Shown here piece after piece: positions 13,362 through 26,366 of a DNA stretch of 64,000 nt (positions within the stretch are counted from its first letter, which is position 1; each line of letters opens with the position of its first letter). The notes under the pieces are model-generated. The model did no database searches and was not told where the DNA came from. It saw only the letters and a list, made by a program, of their open reading frames with translations. Source of the stretch: Octopus bimaculoides (lineage: Eukaryota); the NCBI RefSeq assembly GCF_001194135.2, contig NC_068985.1, positions 79,454,360 through 79,518,359 on the forward strand, given 5' to 3'. Made by a program: the position numbers and the translations under genes.

Positions 13362-13392
<31 letters not shown>

Positions 13393-13654
13393 TGTATGGG
13401 TGTATGTATGTATGTATGTATGTGCATTTATGTGTGTCATCATTCAGTTTTATCTCAAGATTTCTTGCCAATAGAAAAAGAGCTGGTCTCCGATGTTCCT
13501 TCAATTGAATTTCAACAACATCAAGAGGATATTTTTGCATGTATGTGAGTGTAAGTGCAGTATTTAGAGTCAGTATATGTGTAGATTTGCATGTTATGTT
13601 TTATGCATGTATTCTTATGCATATAGTTGTATGTCTAAACGTGCGTATATATAC

Positions 13655-13900
13655 TTAATTGATAAACTTTTGGAAAGTTTTAGAAATTTTTACTGTTTCA
13701 GGGATGGCACGGATCAGCTTTTTCCTTTCTGGTTTTGAGAAACTTAATTTCTCAGGATTGGTACATACGCAGTGTATTACATATACAAGTGCCCCAATAA
13801 TAACAGGTATAAACTTGGACTTGTAACCTGGGTAGAGTAACTGAAGATTTCTCAATAGTTCAGCGTAGGTATTTTCTTTTTCATTGATCTTTAGCTTCAT
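13655..13900 (-). mobile_element. R4/Dong-type LINE, RLE C-terminal fragment
   Basis: KENTYAELLRNLQLLYPGYKSKFIPVIIGALVYV...ETVKISKTFQKF. Confidence 0.75.
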
Positions 13901-14199
13901 GTTAATATCTGCTGGTCAGCTGATTTCTAGTACTGTACACAATTTCTCTATGTGTGTATGTATGTATGTATGTATGTATGTATGTATGCATGTGTGTATG
14001 TATGTATGCATGTATGTATGCATGTATGTATGTGTGTAGGTGCGTGTATGCGTGCGGGTGTGTGCGTATGTATGTACGTATACGTAGGCACGCATGTACG
14101 CATGCATGTACGCATGCACGCATGCATGCATGTAAAGCTGTATGCATGTATGTATTTATGTATGTGTGAAGGTGCATGTCTTAATGGCTAGGCTGTTGC

Positions 14200-14563
14200 A
14201 CTGATGATTGCGAGACTGGCCACCTAACTCCTCAGAGTGCAACCTCCATGATTATTATGTGTGGGGCGCAGTTGAGCGAGAGATCAACAAAGTTCCTTGT
14301 AACACTAAAGATGAACTGCAGGCAATTATTATGGCAGCATTCACTATCTGAAACAAGGAGACCGCCAGAAGAGTTGCAGGAGCTTCTGAAATTGTCTGCA
14401 GGGCTGTGGTTGAAGCCAATTGTGATTTTATGGTATAAATTTACTGTTTAGTATTTCAAGATATTTTTATGTAATTTTGGTAGTAGATACATCTGTTAAA
14501 AATGAGATGTCAGTGTTAGTTTCATTTTTGCGTAACTTAGACGACAATTTATTCACTCCACCT

Positions 14564-14565
<2 letters not shown>
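14200..14565 (+). mobile_element. maT/DD37D-type mariner, 3' half
   Basis: WPPNSSECNLHDYYVWGAVEREINKVPCNTKDEL...AVVEANCDF; terminus ...aatttattcactccaccttg|TA at 14565 into (TA)n. Confidence 0.85.
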
Positions 14566-14596
<31 letters not shown>

Positions 14597-14733
14597 NNNN
14601 NNNNNNNNNNNNNNNNNNNNNNNNNNNNNNNNNNNNNNNNNNNNNNNNNNNNNNNNNNNNNNNNNNNNNNNNNNNNNNNNNNNNNNNNNNNNNNNNNNNN
14701 NNNNNNNNNNNNNNNNNNNNNNNNNNNNNNNNN

Positions 14734-14779
<46 letters not shown>

Positions 14780-14783
<4 letters not shown>

Positions 14784-15010
14784 TTTGTGTTTGTGTTTAT
14801 ACTCCCATCACTGCTTGCTGGTGTTGGTGTTGGTGTCGGTGCATTTACGTGCCAGTAACATGGCGGCTCGAAAAAAGAGTCCGATAGAATAAGTACTAGA
14901 CTTAAAAAAGCAAGTTCCGGTGTCGATTTGTTTGACTAAAGACGTTCAAGGACGTGCTCCAGCATCGCAGTAGTCAAATGACTGAATCAAGTAAGATGAA
15001 ATAAAAATAG
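14780..15010 (+). mobile_element. SINE family B, 3' part
   Basis: gatagaataagtac...gtcgatttgtttgactaaa...ccagcatcgcagtagtcaaatgactgaatcaagtaa; shared with 28180, 37540, 45792, 53640. Confidence 0.75.
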
Positions 15011-15173
15011 AATGTATTTGTATGTTTGTGTATATATATAATGTATGCATATATTTAATCCGTTACACCACTTACCTAGCGTACCTATTCGTTTAGATTA
15101 CCGGTGAACTAAACTCCTACAGAGCTGTTTAAGAAGTGCCCGTGTTGAACCCGTGACAAAAGATAAGAATTAA

Positions 15174-15811
15174 GATATAAACTCAATTTAAGCAATCATA
15201 CTCATACAGTTATAATTTCGACTTAAAATGCGCATACGTATATTAATACATATCGACACAAATGAATATTTATAAAATATAAATACAAATATACCTAAAA
15301 ATGCATGTAAATAAAACATATGTGGGATGCTATGAAAGGAAGTGTGAGAAAAAGAGAACCGATAAATTTTTTTGTACTAAAATTTAATTTTAGCGAGTAA
15401 GAGTTTCAATTAAAAGATCCATTGAGATCGATGTGTATTTTTAAAGATATATAAATGGTATATAAGGTATATAATTCAGTTCGAGGAAGTCCACATTCTA
15501 CGGCCGTTTCCAGACTTCATGTCCTGGTAGTAAAATTAATTTTAAAAATCTCACAAACGATGCGGACAATATCCCCTACATCAGGAAAGGTATCCTCATA
15601 AAATCACATTCTTGACACTAGTGTCTCACACTTCCTTTCCTATGTATCCCACATGGGTTTTATTTACATATATTTTTAGGTATATTTATATTTATATTCT
15701 ATAAATATTTAAAAAATATTTATATTTGTCGATATGTATTAATATATGTATGCTCATTTTCAGTCGAATTTATAACTGTATGAGTATGATTGCCTAATTT
15801 GAGCTTTTACC
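15174..15811. mobile_element. MITE-like element with ~180-bp imperfect terminal inverted repeats
   Basis: 15174-15349 matches the reverse complement of ~15633-15811 (e.g. gcaatcatactcatacagttataa, tatacctaaaaat, aaaggaagtgtgaga); non-coding ~280-bp core. Confidence 0.75.
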
Positions 15812-16299
15812 TATATATATATATATATATNNNNNNNNNNNNNNNNNNNNNNNNNNNNNNNNNNNNNNNNNNNNNNNNNNNNNNNNNNNNNNNNNNNNNN
15901 NNNNNNNNNNNNNNNNNNNNNNNNNNNNNNNNNNNNNNNNNNNNNNNNNNNNNNNNNNNNNNNNNNNNNNNNNNNNNNNNNNNNNNNNNNNNNNNNNNNN
16001 NNNNNNNNNNNNNNNNNNNNNNNNNNNNNNNNNNNNNNNNNNNNNNNNNNNNNNNNNNNNNNNNNNNNNNNNNNNNNNNNNNNNNNNNNNNNNNNNNNNN
16101 NNNNNNNNNNNNNNNNNNNNNNNNNNNNNNTATATATATATATATATATATGTATATATTAGTATGCATGTTTGTATTTATCTATGGGTGTATATGTTTG
16201 TGTGTGTTTGCTTTTATGTATTTGTGTGTATATCTGATGCTGATATACGTCGACGAAAGATGTAAACGTTTGCGTGAAAATCAGTGCTTTCAACAAAAA

Positions 16300-16900
16300 T
16301 AACCTATGTTTCATTTGTTCCGCCCAGTTAGACAATCCTAAGTCACTCTCCCAATCGGAAATGCAACGGACCACTGATTGGTTCATTAAAAACATGTAAT
16401 CGACGATGCCATTACAATAGAGAAAAAACAGATATGAAAATAATTATATAAGAAAAAACACCATGCGATCCTTTAGACCTGCGACCAAAATACCGGTCTT
16501 ACAAAATCGATATGTTTAAAATAATCCGTTACCACTGACTCTGTAGACGTCATAACAAGGACTACCTCACAAAAGATCATTCTATATGTGTTAATCAGCA
16601 GCGATACTATGACGTAATCAAATGACCTGACCCAACAGCGATAGAGTTTTGATATCTATTTAAATACACATAACTTACTCTGTTGATATCCTACGGAAAC
16701 TCGCGAACGTTATAATGACAGATTTCTTTCTGCTGCAAAGCAAGGTCGGTTTTTTTCCTTCTGTTTACTCAAATACTCACTTCTGTCGACCGATTATTAT
16801 TCGACCCGGTTTCGATTTCCGATTGACGTTAATTCCATTAAAGTTTTAGTGTTGCATAGCAATGTAGTTATGAAGTTGTTTCGGTTTCGATCAATCGGGG
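16300..16900. promoter_or_regulatory. Promoter-like CpG-enriched island
   Basis: GC box TTCCGCCC ~16318, CCAAT ~16351 and ATTGG ~16377, CRE-like GACGTCA/TGACGTAA ~16546/16609, X-box-like GTTGCATAGCAAT 16851-16863, minus-strand consensus donors GTGAGT (16780) and GTAAGT (16678). Confidence 0.35.
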
Positions 16901-17204
16901 CGACATTTTGAGCAAATGTTTTCTACTACAGCCTAGATCTGACAAATATTATGTGATTTGAATTTAGTTGACGCAAATTTTGCAAAAACCCGTCGCACGC
17001 GCGCACACACACACACACACACAAACACATACACTGATAAATTCACACATAGTCTTGCACGGGCGCATATATCTGTATGTGTTCATGAAGGCGGCGAAAT
17101 GGCAGAGTATTAGAATGCATCGTAGTTCCTATCCTCTGCAGTGCGAATTCAAATACTACAGAGTTCACCTTTCATTTCTTTGGGATCGATAGAAAAAAAA
17201 ATTA

Positions 17205-17315
17205 ATAGTGCAGGAAGTTGGATTGGCGTAATTGTTAGAGCGTCGGACCGAATGCTCTGCGATATCAGTTCTCGATCTGCACATTCTGAGTTCAAATAAC
17301 GCCCGGTCACCAACA
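17205..17315 (+). mobile_element. SINE family C head fragment
   Basis: ggcgtaattgttagagcgtcggac...ttctgagttcaaat resembles 36224-36310. Confidence 0.5.
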
Positions 17316-17949
17316 GTTAAATAAATAAATAAATAAATAGAATAACGGTGACATTTCTGTCAAAAATTGCAGGGGCTCTAAAGTAATGTAGGCAATGGAA
17401 AAGTAATTAATATTATATTATTTTTGCCTCAATCGGAAGAGTGGCTGCAATCACCACCACTTGTGCATATGTGCATGTGTGTATGTGTGCGTGCGTGTGT
17501 ATGTATGTATGTATGTATGTGTGTGTGTATGTATGTGTGTGTGTGTGGCGGGTGTATGTGTGTGTGTGTGTGTTTATGTATACCTCTATAAATGTCGATG
17601 TACCTCGTTATGCTCGTTAAAGTCATTTCATAAACACTTACTAATAAAATAAATCACAGATTGAAAACAAGTTATGTGTATAGAAGGATATATCTACTTC
17701 TGAACATACACTTCCTCATACCTGAAGGCTTTTGTTTAAACCACTGCCTCGTTAACTTGACGCTTGGCGGTATGTCACATCTAATAGTTTTTTTTTTTTT
17801 TGCCAGCTCAAGGGCACAATGTTCCTTTCAGACAAGCAATCGAAACTACAACCTTATAATCGAGAGTCCACTTACCTAACCACACGTTTTTCTCATTGCA
17901 AAAAGTAACGGGGCGTTATAATAGACTCAAATCCTTGATGAGAAGAATA

Positions 17950-18790
17950 GTCACAGTCTAATGAAAGTAACCAGTAAAAGCAGAAATACAATGTCTGCGA
18001 AATAAGCACAAAGTTCCCATGAGGATTATAACATTACATTCACCCTTCTCTTAGAACACCAATACATCCATCGAAAGTTTCTGCGTCATCAAAAGATACC
18101 ATTTACTCAATGTTCCAGATCAGTGTTTATATTAAGGAGGTGGAACCTGTGAGGATTGAAGAAATTGTAGAAAGTATAATTGGCCGTCAGTTGCGATAGA
18201 GTACGACTTGGTAGAATGATTTCGTTATCTGTCAGGTATCTACATAATCGCGGGAAACACTCTCGACTCTCTGATCCTTGACTTAGTGGAAGAAAGAATA
18301 TGCGACAATTGGAAGGAAAAACAGCTGCACCGGCACTTGACTACTTCTCATTACATCTGTAAAATAAATGTCTTCCTGAAGTGCTTAACGTGTTGCCAGG
18401 TCCAGAAATCCTAACAACTAAAACATTCATCTTCACAACAATTGAGAAAAATAAATTGTTATGCTTAATAAAATTATGATTGGTTTAAACATTTTACACT
18501 TGCTCGACATCAAGATGAAGTTAGAAGAATTATATGGATGCAAGTAGTATTTGTTCATTCATTAAAAGTGAGTTTGGAGAGGATGGTCTAAAAATTCCAC
18601 TAGGCAAATCGGAGTATTGAATAACACGGATCATGAGGATGGGAATAATACGAGTGGCGATAGGGAGAGAAGATATGACTGAGCCTTGATTGATCTAATA
18701 GAAGTGACAGGCAAACATGCGCTTCCGTGGCGCAGAAACTCTTGAAGTTGGGATAGAAATTACGGAGAGATTGGAGACTTAAACCTATCG
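17950..18790 (+). mobile_element. Very decayed RTE-like LINE, 3' portion
   Basis: FRYL, VLPGPEILT (cf. LLYGSETW), DEVRR, RGWE*YEWR...DRQT...LRRDWR (cf. RGRPxxRW...DRxxWR). Confidence 0.4.
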
Positions 18791-18914
18791 TGAAATTACG
18801 TTAGATTACACTTTGTGACATAATTTTTGTCCTTGGGTAGCAACTATTATTTCCTATTTGCTTATCCCTAGAAAGTATGAAAAATGGCTAATATTTCCTT
18901 CAAACTTTGCTTTT

Positions 18915-19080
18915 GTTACATTTATTCAAACCACAAAGCATCCCTCTCAATACATGGCTATGATGTTCCCTCACTACTGTTGCTCATGATCAGAGATGCA
19001 ACTATTGTCAGCCACTAAAGGGCAATCTCAAGTGGTTAAGGTCAAGCAACTGACAGGCAAATTTGTGGTATTTGGTATGA
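18915..19080 (-). repeat. Fragment of the unclassified interspersed repeat at 61381-61910
   Basis: ctctcaatacatggctatgatg...gctcatgatcagagatgca...ggttaaggtcaagcaactgac is the reverse complement of ~61510-61660. Confidence 0.8.
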
Positions 19081-20487
19081 TATTTCTGCTTTAGCAACTC
19101 AGCACTAACATTGTCTGAAATGTAATAGAAAATAGGTCGGTTTCAAAATACTGATGTCTGGTCACAAAAGCAAAGTTTGAATGGAATAGTAATCATTTCG
19201 TTTGATTTTTAGATAGAAGCAAATAAGAAATAACACTTGCTGATCAAAAATCAATAAAGATAAATAAAATTGTGTCATAATATTACTGTCCCATACTTGC
19301 TATACTGTACTGACTATTAGGCACGTATTAAAGATACGTTGAAGTATGGATGTGTTGGTGTATCTCATGTAATACTGGTAAATTGTAGATATGGTGATGT
19401 GTAATTTAACGTGGTTTATAGCACTGCGAGAAAGGCAGAGAAATTTGGGAATGGGTCTGATATTTATCAGTCTGCGAATCATTGAGCAAGACCCTGTCCA
19501 GAGAGAGGCCACTTAAATGACTGACTGACTGGCATGATGTCACTCACCAATACATTCTAATCACTGGCCCACAGGTGTGCTCTATTCTCTAGCTATTCTA
19601 TCGTTACTGCAATAACTTCCGTGCTTCGAGGCTGGATAATCTCTTGCTATATCTAGTGAGATAATCACAGCTCACTCAACGACCCCGCTCTTTTCATCAC
19701 CCATATTGATTCCTTCCAGCTTCCACCCATTCCTTCCTTCCTTCCTTCCTTCCTTCCTTCATTCCTTCCTTCCTTCTTTGCATACTTCCTTCTTAGATTG
19801 CCATCCCTCTAGAATCCTTTGCTTGCACATCTTTTTCTCTGCAGATATTGACTTACGAGTGGAACGTTAACCGCGCCCATCTCATCAATTTAGAGGGCCT
19901 ATAAAAACCACGAACAAAATCTTTCCCTCCAGATAGATAAACAAAACAAACTTACGCGCCTTTTCAGTCAAGAGAAGCGAGCAAATTAACACATTGGTGA
20001 CAAATTCGATGTAATATAAGAGAGGAAATCTTTATCTTGGGCGTGATTATGAACTTATTATGTAACAGAGAATATCTTTTCTTTCATTCCAGTTTAGAAA
20101 GAAAAACAATATTTAGAATACAAGAGCAGTTAATTTAGGAAACAAAGCATCGAAAGGTATTCGAACAACCGAGAGCCAGTTATTGTTGTTTCTAATCTCA
20201 TATCAACACCCAAAAGAGCAGACATAAGTTTGTTTATCTAGGACAATATTATCAATGGTAGTCTTTATGTTTTCAAGATTGCCTGGTATTCACTGAAGGA
20301 AATTTTATTCCTATTCCAGGAAGGTTCAGTGACCGCGTAGATTACAGCGATGTAACCCGCTGAGCTTCAGAACAGGCGAGTATTTATTCTTAAATGATAA
20401 ATCAAAACCAACCACTTGTAACTGACATTGTGTTTCTACAAACAATACATAATTTCCAAGATCCATCTCTCTCTCTCACCCCTCTCT

Positions 20488-20525
<38 letters not shown>

Positions 20526-20999
20526 NNNNNNNNNNNNNNNNNNNNNNNNNNNNNNNNNNNNNNNNNNNNNNNNNNNNNNNNNNNNNNNNNNNNNNNNNNN
20601 NNNNNNNNNNNNNNNNNNNNNNNNNNNNNNNNNNNNNNNNNNNNNNNNNNNNNNNNNNNNNNNNNNNNNNNNNNNNNNNNNNNNNNNNNNNNNNNNNNNN
20701 NNNNNNNNNNNNNNNNNNNNNNNNNNNNNNNNNNNNNNNNNNNNNNNNNNNNNNNTATATATATGTATATATACATATATATATATATTGCCTATTTGTA
20801 TACAAATTCTTGCATTCCATCTACCTCACTAAATTCACATCGCTCTCACTCTTCTCATCTTTCAATACGGTTAAGCATTTAAACTCATACTCTTTATTAC
20901 ACCATCCTGACATTATTGATATCTCGTCGTTTAGTTAATATTAGTTTATCGTAGTGCTATAAACTATATCTAACTCCAAAGACGCCATTCTCACTATCT

Positions 21000-21955
21000 C
21001 ACCATATTGCTCGAGATACACCAACGCATTTTAGCTAGAAGATATCTTTAAATACTTCAGACAATATTCAGCTCTGTACAGCAAGTATGAAATGATAATC
21101 TAATGTAATTTCATGGCAAGTTTAAATCTCCACTACAGCTAATTTTACTTCACTGATGCAATTATTTTGTATCGGTGAAAAACACGAGTATCATAATCTG
21201 AGATAATACAGTCCCTCTGAAAACCTTTGTCTTCTTTAGGAATAGCAGCACCAAAGTCTGTTTCTTTTTTTGTCTGAGGGCGTTCAATTGAGGTGAATAT
21301 CTCTGAGTTTTAGTTGTTCTCTTTTCTTCTTGTCGCTATATATGTGTTAGTTTTACTGTCCTTATAAATAGGTAGAAACATTTATATGTGGTGTACGTCC
21401 ATTCCACCAGCAGCTAGACATATTTACCTAACAGCTGTATTTGTCATTATTTCTTGATGTCAAATAGATTTGCCAACAAGGATTGCTGTGTTTGAGCGAA
21501 ATCTACGCATTTCAAAAACTGTTGTCTGACATTCTATAACAACACATACTGCCAACCATTGTATGCGTAATTCTGGTTGGAGATTTCCCATCTTTACCTC
21601 CGCTACTTAACCATGCAAGTAATAAGAATGGCAAAAACCTATGGAATATCAGTGTCAATTCAGACACTTGCTCCGACAAGCAAGTGTTATGCTTTTTAGC
21701 ATGCCTTTCTGGCGTGAATGATGAAAACCACGTCTCTCGATCTGCCGGAACTTCTCTACCCACCTACTCTTCATCCATATAAATTGATACATTACTGTCC
21801 TCCTGTTCATGCATTCCATCATATCGGGTGTTGGGAAAAGATCTTTATCTGGAAAACTGTAATGTGTGATATAATCCAAACGGTCTTCTTTACCGCCTTC
21901 AGTTTTCTGCTTGTATTTTGAGGATGCCATGTTTAAATCTGCAGGTAGGTCTAAC
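21000..21955 (-). mobile_element. piggyBac-like transposase remnant
   Basis: DLFPTPDMMECMNRRTVMY (cf. LFxTxDMxExIVxxTNxY), SELTLIFHRFLPFLLLAWL, YRMSDNSF (cf. TMSxNRF), RNNDKYS (cf. DKLA); frameshifted. Confidence 0.5.
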
Positions 21956-22934
21956 AATAAAATATACAACTTAAAAGGCAATTGTGATGTCATTGTTATA
22001 TTGGTCAATATAGTACTCGTTGTCGCTATTATTACATTAATTGTTGCTGTTGTTGTTAATGCTGCTGTTCCCCGTTTCTGGCGTCCACGATGGATGTAAT
22101 GATGGCGGTTGTTCTGATGCTAGTGTTTTTTACGCACCATTCCCCTCCGAGGAAGCATCATTTGTTTATTGCTCCGCGTAGCATCCATATTGGCTATGGT
22201 TGTACTAATGTTGTTATTCGTGGTGGTCTTATTTTTACTACTGGTGATGATGTAGATGATGGTAGTGGTGGTGGTGGTGGTGATGATAATAACACAAGAA
22301 ATGACAACAAAATATAAATTATCAACAGTTTGCCTATGAAATGCCTGAATCAAATGAAAATGAAATGCATGGAAGAAAGAAAAGATCTAGTCAAATGTGA
22401 TGTACTCTGAAATACAGAATAGCACCAGGAACAACAAAAGAAGGCCTGCAACAGTAATTAGCGACTATAAATAGTTCAAATTATGGATTTTGTTGCGAGG
22501 AAAGGGAAAAAGCGTAAGGTTTCAGGCAGTAAGTACATACGTATTGTCGGAGATCATTAAACATATGTTTGATAATCATACTGAATAAATAACAAATATT
22601 CTCAGTATCAGAAAGAGTACTGACTGAAGTCTTTCTTAAGTGCTTCATCTTGCTCACGGAATTAATTTTTTTTGCTTCCTTTTGATTTGTTTATATTAAA
22701 TCAATTGTAGTTTGTTGTTTAAATTAAAGAAAGATTGAAATTAAAGACAAGTGAGCCAGATACTTGGAGACGAATAAATAATGATGTTGATATATAGAGA
22801 TGTGAACATTAAGTAAATTTGATTACAGAAATTAACGGTTAGGGTGGTATGTATACATGTAAACAGTGTTGGGGAAGAATGTTTGCAGAAGTACAAAGTC
22901 CGTTAAATATAAAAGCAGATGTGAAATTTGAGTA

Positions 22935-23064
22935 TATAATGATACAGACGTGAACAATTTGAAAAGTAAGATGTGAACGCACGGGATATTATACATGCAT
23001 ATAATGATACAGACGTGAACAATTTGAAAAGTAAGATGTGAACGCACGGGATATTATACATGCA
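22935..23064. repeat. Perfect 65-bp tandem duplication
   Basis: tataatgatacagacgtgaacaatttgaaaagtaagatgtgaacgcacgggatattatacatgca occurs twice (22935, 23000). Confidence 0.95.
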
Positions 23065-23145
23065 TAGGTAAACAGTAAATGAAAAATGTCCAGAAATGTT
23101 AACATTTGGGAAAATATGCATTCATATCTGAAGAGTTGTAGGAAG

Positions 23146-23177
<32 letters not shown>

Positions 23178-23193
23178 TGTATGTATTATGTAT

Positions 23194-23279
<86 letters not shown>

Positions 23280-23299
23280 TCGTCATCTTTTATTCTCTT

Positions 23300-24290
23300 T
23301 CTCTTTTCCTTTTCACGCCGAAACGACTGGTCCTATTTTCTATTGTCTCCCACTTTCAACCCATTTCGCTATGTGCTGTCCTTCGCGTTCTAATCCTTTA
23401 GGCTATTCCTCGTGGCGTTAACCATATTTCCGTCTCTCGTCTGGCCCAACGTCCGTATTCTGTTTATTTATTTCAGTTTGTTCGTATGTCCACGTTTCGT
23501 CTTGCTTATTATCGTCTTTGTATATCGTCTCCACTAATGGTCTCGTCTTGAATCACATTTATTCATGTTTGTATGTTAACTTTCTGTATTACATATCTGT
23601 TAATTTATTGTTTGCTTGTTTACTTTCTGTCATGTTTGGTCCCTTGTTCGTTGGCTCACCATTTTCCAGCGGCTTCTTGCTGCCAGCGCCACCAGAAGGG
23701 AGCCAATATTATCGTTGAAGGGGCAAAATTGCGTTCGATCATCTGGCCGATAACTGATGAAGATTTGTTGACCTTCTGTGTCTGTTTNNNNNNNNNNNNN
23801 NNNNNNNNNNNNNNNNNNNNNNNNNNNNNNNNNNNNNNNNNNNNNNNNNNNNNNNNNNNNNNNNNNNNNNNNNNNNNNNNNNNNNNNNNNNNNNNNNNNN
23901 NNNNNNNNNNNNNNNNNNNNNNNNNNNNNNNNNNNNNNNNNNNNNNNNNNNNNNNNNNNNNNNNNNNNNNNNNNNNNNNNNNNNNNNNNNNNNNNNNNNN
24001 NNNNNNNNNNNNNNNNNNNNNNNNNNNNNNNNNNNNNNNNNNNNNNNNNNNNNNNNNNNNNNNNNNNNNNNNNNNNNNNNNNNNNNNNNNNNNNNNNNNN
24101 NNNNNNNNNNNNNNNNNNNNNNNNNNNNNNNNNNNNNNNNNNNNNNNNNNNNNNNNNNNNNNNNNNNNNNNGCTTTTGTGCGCCAAGAGACCACATGAGC
24201 GATCCTCGCAATGTAAATAACGCAGTATTTTGTGTTCCAACAAAATCTCCACGTTAAGTTGGAGATTAAGATTGCTTTTTCATACACACA
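23300..24290 (-). mobile_element. Possible L1/Tx1-type ORF1 remnant spanning a gap
   Basis: GQQIFISYRPDDRTQFCPFNDNIGSLLVA resembles a decayed zinc knuckle, followed by a low-complexity tail. Confidence 0.3.
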
Positions 24291-24301
24291 CACAGAGTCA
24301 C

Positions 24302-24332
<31 letters not shown>

Positions 24333-24897
24333 TGTATGTATATGTATATAAATGTATGTATGTGTATATATGTTTTGAGTCAGACGTTTTGTAATACCTT
24401 GGTAACTTATTTTCTTTATTTGTCAAGTTACAACAAAAGCAGTCTGGCATTGAAATTAGAGGACATCGTGTTGCACCGACTGAAGACACCTTTCTGCCAG
24501 GTCTTTAATCCCACACTGATACCAGTTCTTGTCCTTCAAGGTAAAAAATTCCTTCACTGAAGTTTCGACCTCCCCTTGGTTGATAAATTGAACCATGGAT
24601 TAACACAAGTGATAATCCGAGGAATCTAGGTCAGCACTATTTACTGTGTCTGATATCGAGTTTCTAGAATTTATTCCTCATCGTTCAAGCGATGTGAGGT
24701 CGTGCGTTATCTTGCTGCAGACGACCTCACTTTCTGTTAGCCGACGCCATAAAATGGCGTACATCCGACGCATAATGGTATACATCATCTTCAGCTGTTC
24801 GGAGTACAGGTTAACATTGATGGTTCGACCGTCCGGAATGAATTCGTGGTGAATTATACCCTCATAATTCTACTACATGCAAAGTTCGAAGCGTAAA

Positions 24898-25242
24898 TTT
24901 TTGGCGACAGATTCCGGAAGCTGGCACTTGCTTAACCACTGCTTATCCTCGTTAAGATTGGGAAAAATTTATCTCTCGGATTATTATTGCTCAATATAAA
25001 CCTGCTCCGGATATGAACTCAGAACATACCTATATGCATGACATTTTGTCTAGCGCTATACAAGTTATGCCCATTTTTGGCGACAGGTTCCGGAAGCTGA
25101 CCCTTGCATAACCACTGTTTATGCACGTTAGGACTGCAGAAAAATATCCCCTTCGAGTTATTATTTGCTCAATATAAACCTCTTCCAGTTGTGAACTCAG
25201 AACGTTATCGGCCATGCCTATATGCATGACATTTTGGCTAGC
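24898..25242. repeat. Diverged tandem duplication, period ~176 bp
   Basis: tttttggcgacag.ttccggaagctg...ttgctcaatataaacct...tgaactcagaac...cctatatgcatgacattttg.ctagc at 24898 and 25074. Confidence 0.85.
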
Positions 25243-25319
25243 AGTATACCATCTCTGCTCTCTCACCAACGGAAGCAATATATACAATAGATTAGTTATT
25301 GCGACAAAACACGACAGTC

Positions 25320-25680
25320 AATAACAACAACAGCAATAACCACAACATGAAGTAAACACAGTAACAAGTGTCTCAACTATTCCATTACGACAACCACTAC
25401 CAACCACACCATCACATCTATCACCACAAGCACCACTGCCACCACCATCATCACCACCACCAACCTCCTCCTCCTCCTCTCTCCTACTCCTTCTCATCGT
25501 CATCATATAATAAATACTGCAACAATTACATGGGTAACTCCAGCATATCGGTCACGTGTCTTCAACATTATCATCATCATCACTAAAATCAACGACATCA
25601 TTACATTATCACCGTCAACGTTTCACCATTATTGTAGTTAGTGAGTTGTCATCGTCATCATCACCACCACCACCACCACC

Positions 25681-25714
<34 letters not shown>

Positions 25715-25789
25715 TCATCGTTATTATCGTCATCATCCTCATCCTCACCATCATCATCATCGTCATCATCATCATCGTTATCATCGTCG

Positions 25790-25828
<39 letters not shown>

Positions 25829-25885
25829 CCATCACCATCATCATCATCATCATCGTCATCACTATTATCGTCGTCATCAACAGCA
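25320..25885. repeat. Compound (CAC)n/(CAT)n/(CAA)n trinucleotide microsatellite
   Basis: Seen directly; explains the poly-H/S/P ORFs. Confidence 0.95.
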
Positions 25886-26321
25886 GCAAGAAAAAAACCA
25901 TGAGTTTGGAGAAACTACATAGCCCCCTCCCAAACTGCACTCGCATCCAATTCCGAAGAACACTCTCCCACACTCGTTTTACTAAATCAAATATGGCGGC
26001 TGATGTACTGATAGAAAGAGTGCAAGCAAATACGTGCAGTTTTCAATTCACCTTTATATGATGCAGCTCTGACAGCACCAGCACCATCAGCATCGACGCC
26101 GCTGACGTTACTATCATCGCCAACACTGCTGAAGGAGATAGCAAACACAGGCATCTGATTGGTTCAAAAACGGGTCAGTTATTTTCTAAAGAGCGACCGA
26201 TTTTATCACGTGCCAGGCAGTCTGTCACTGCGTAAACGAGTATATACACGCACACACGCATACACATACACAAGCATGCACACACGCACGTATGCACGTA
26301 AACACGTACAAATGTTCATGC

Positions 26322-26366
<45 letters not shown>

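Noticed and set aside
21655-22008. 117-aa minus-strand ORF with splice acceptor and good Kozak ATG (MASSKYKQ...)
   Set aside because: Better explained as a frameshifted piggyBac transposase remnant
25556-25973. Poly-His/Ser/Pro/Met ORFs
   Set aside because: Translations of (CAT)n/(CAC)n microsatellites
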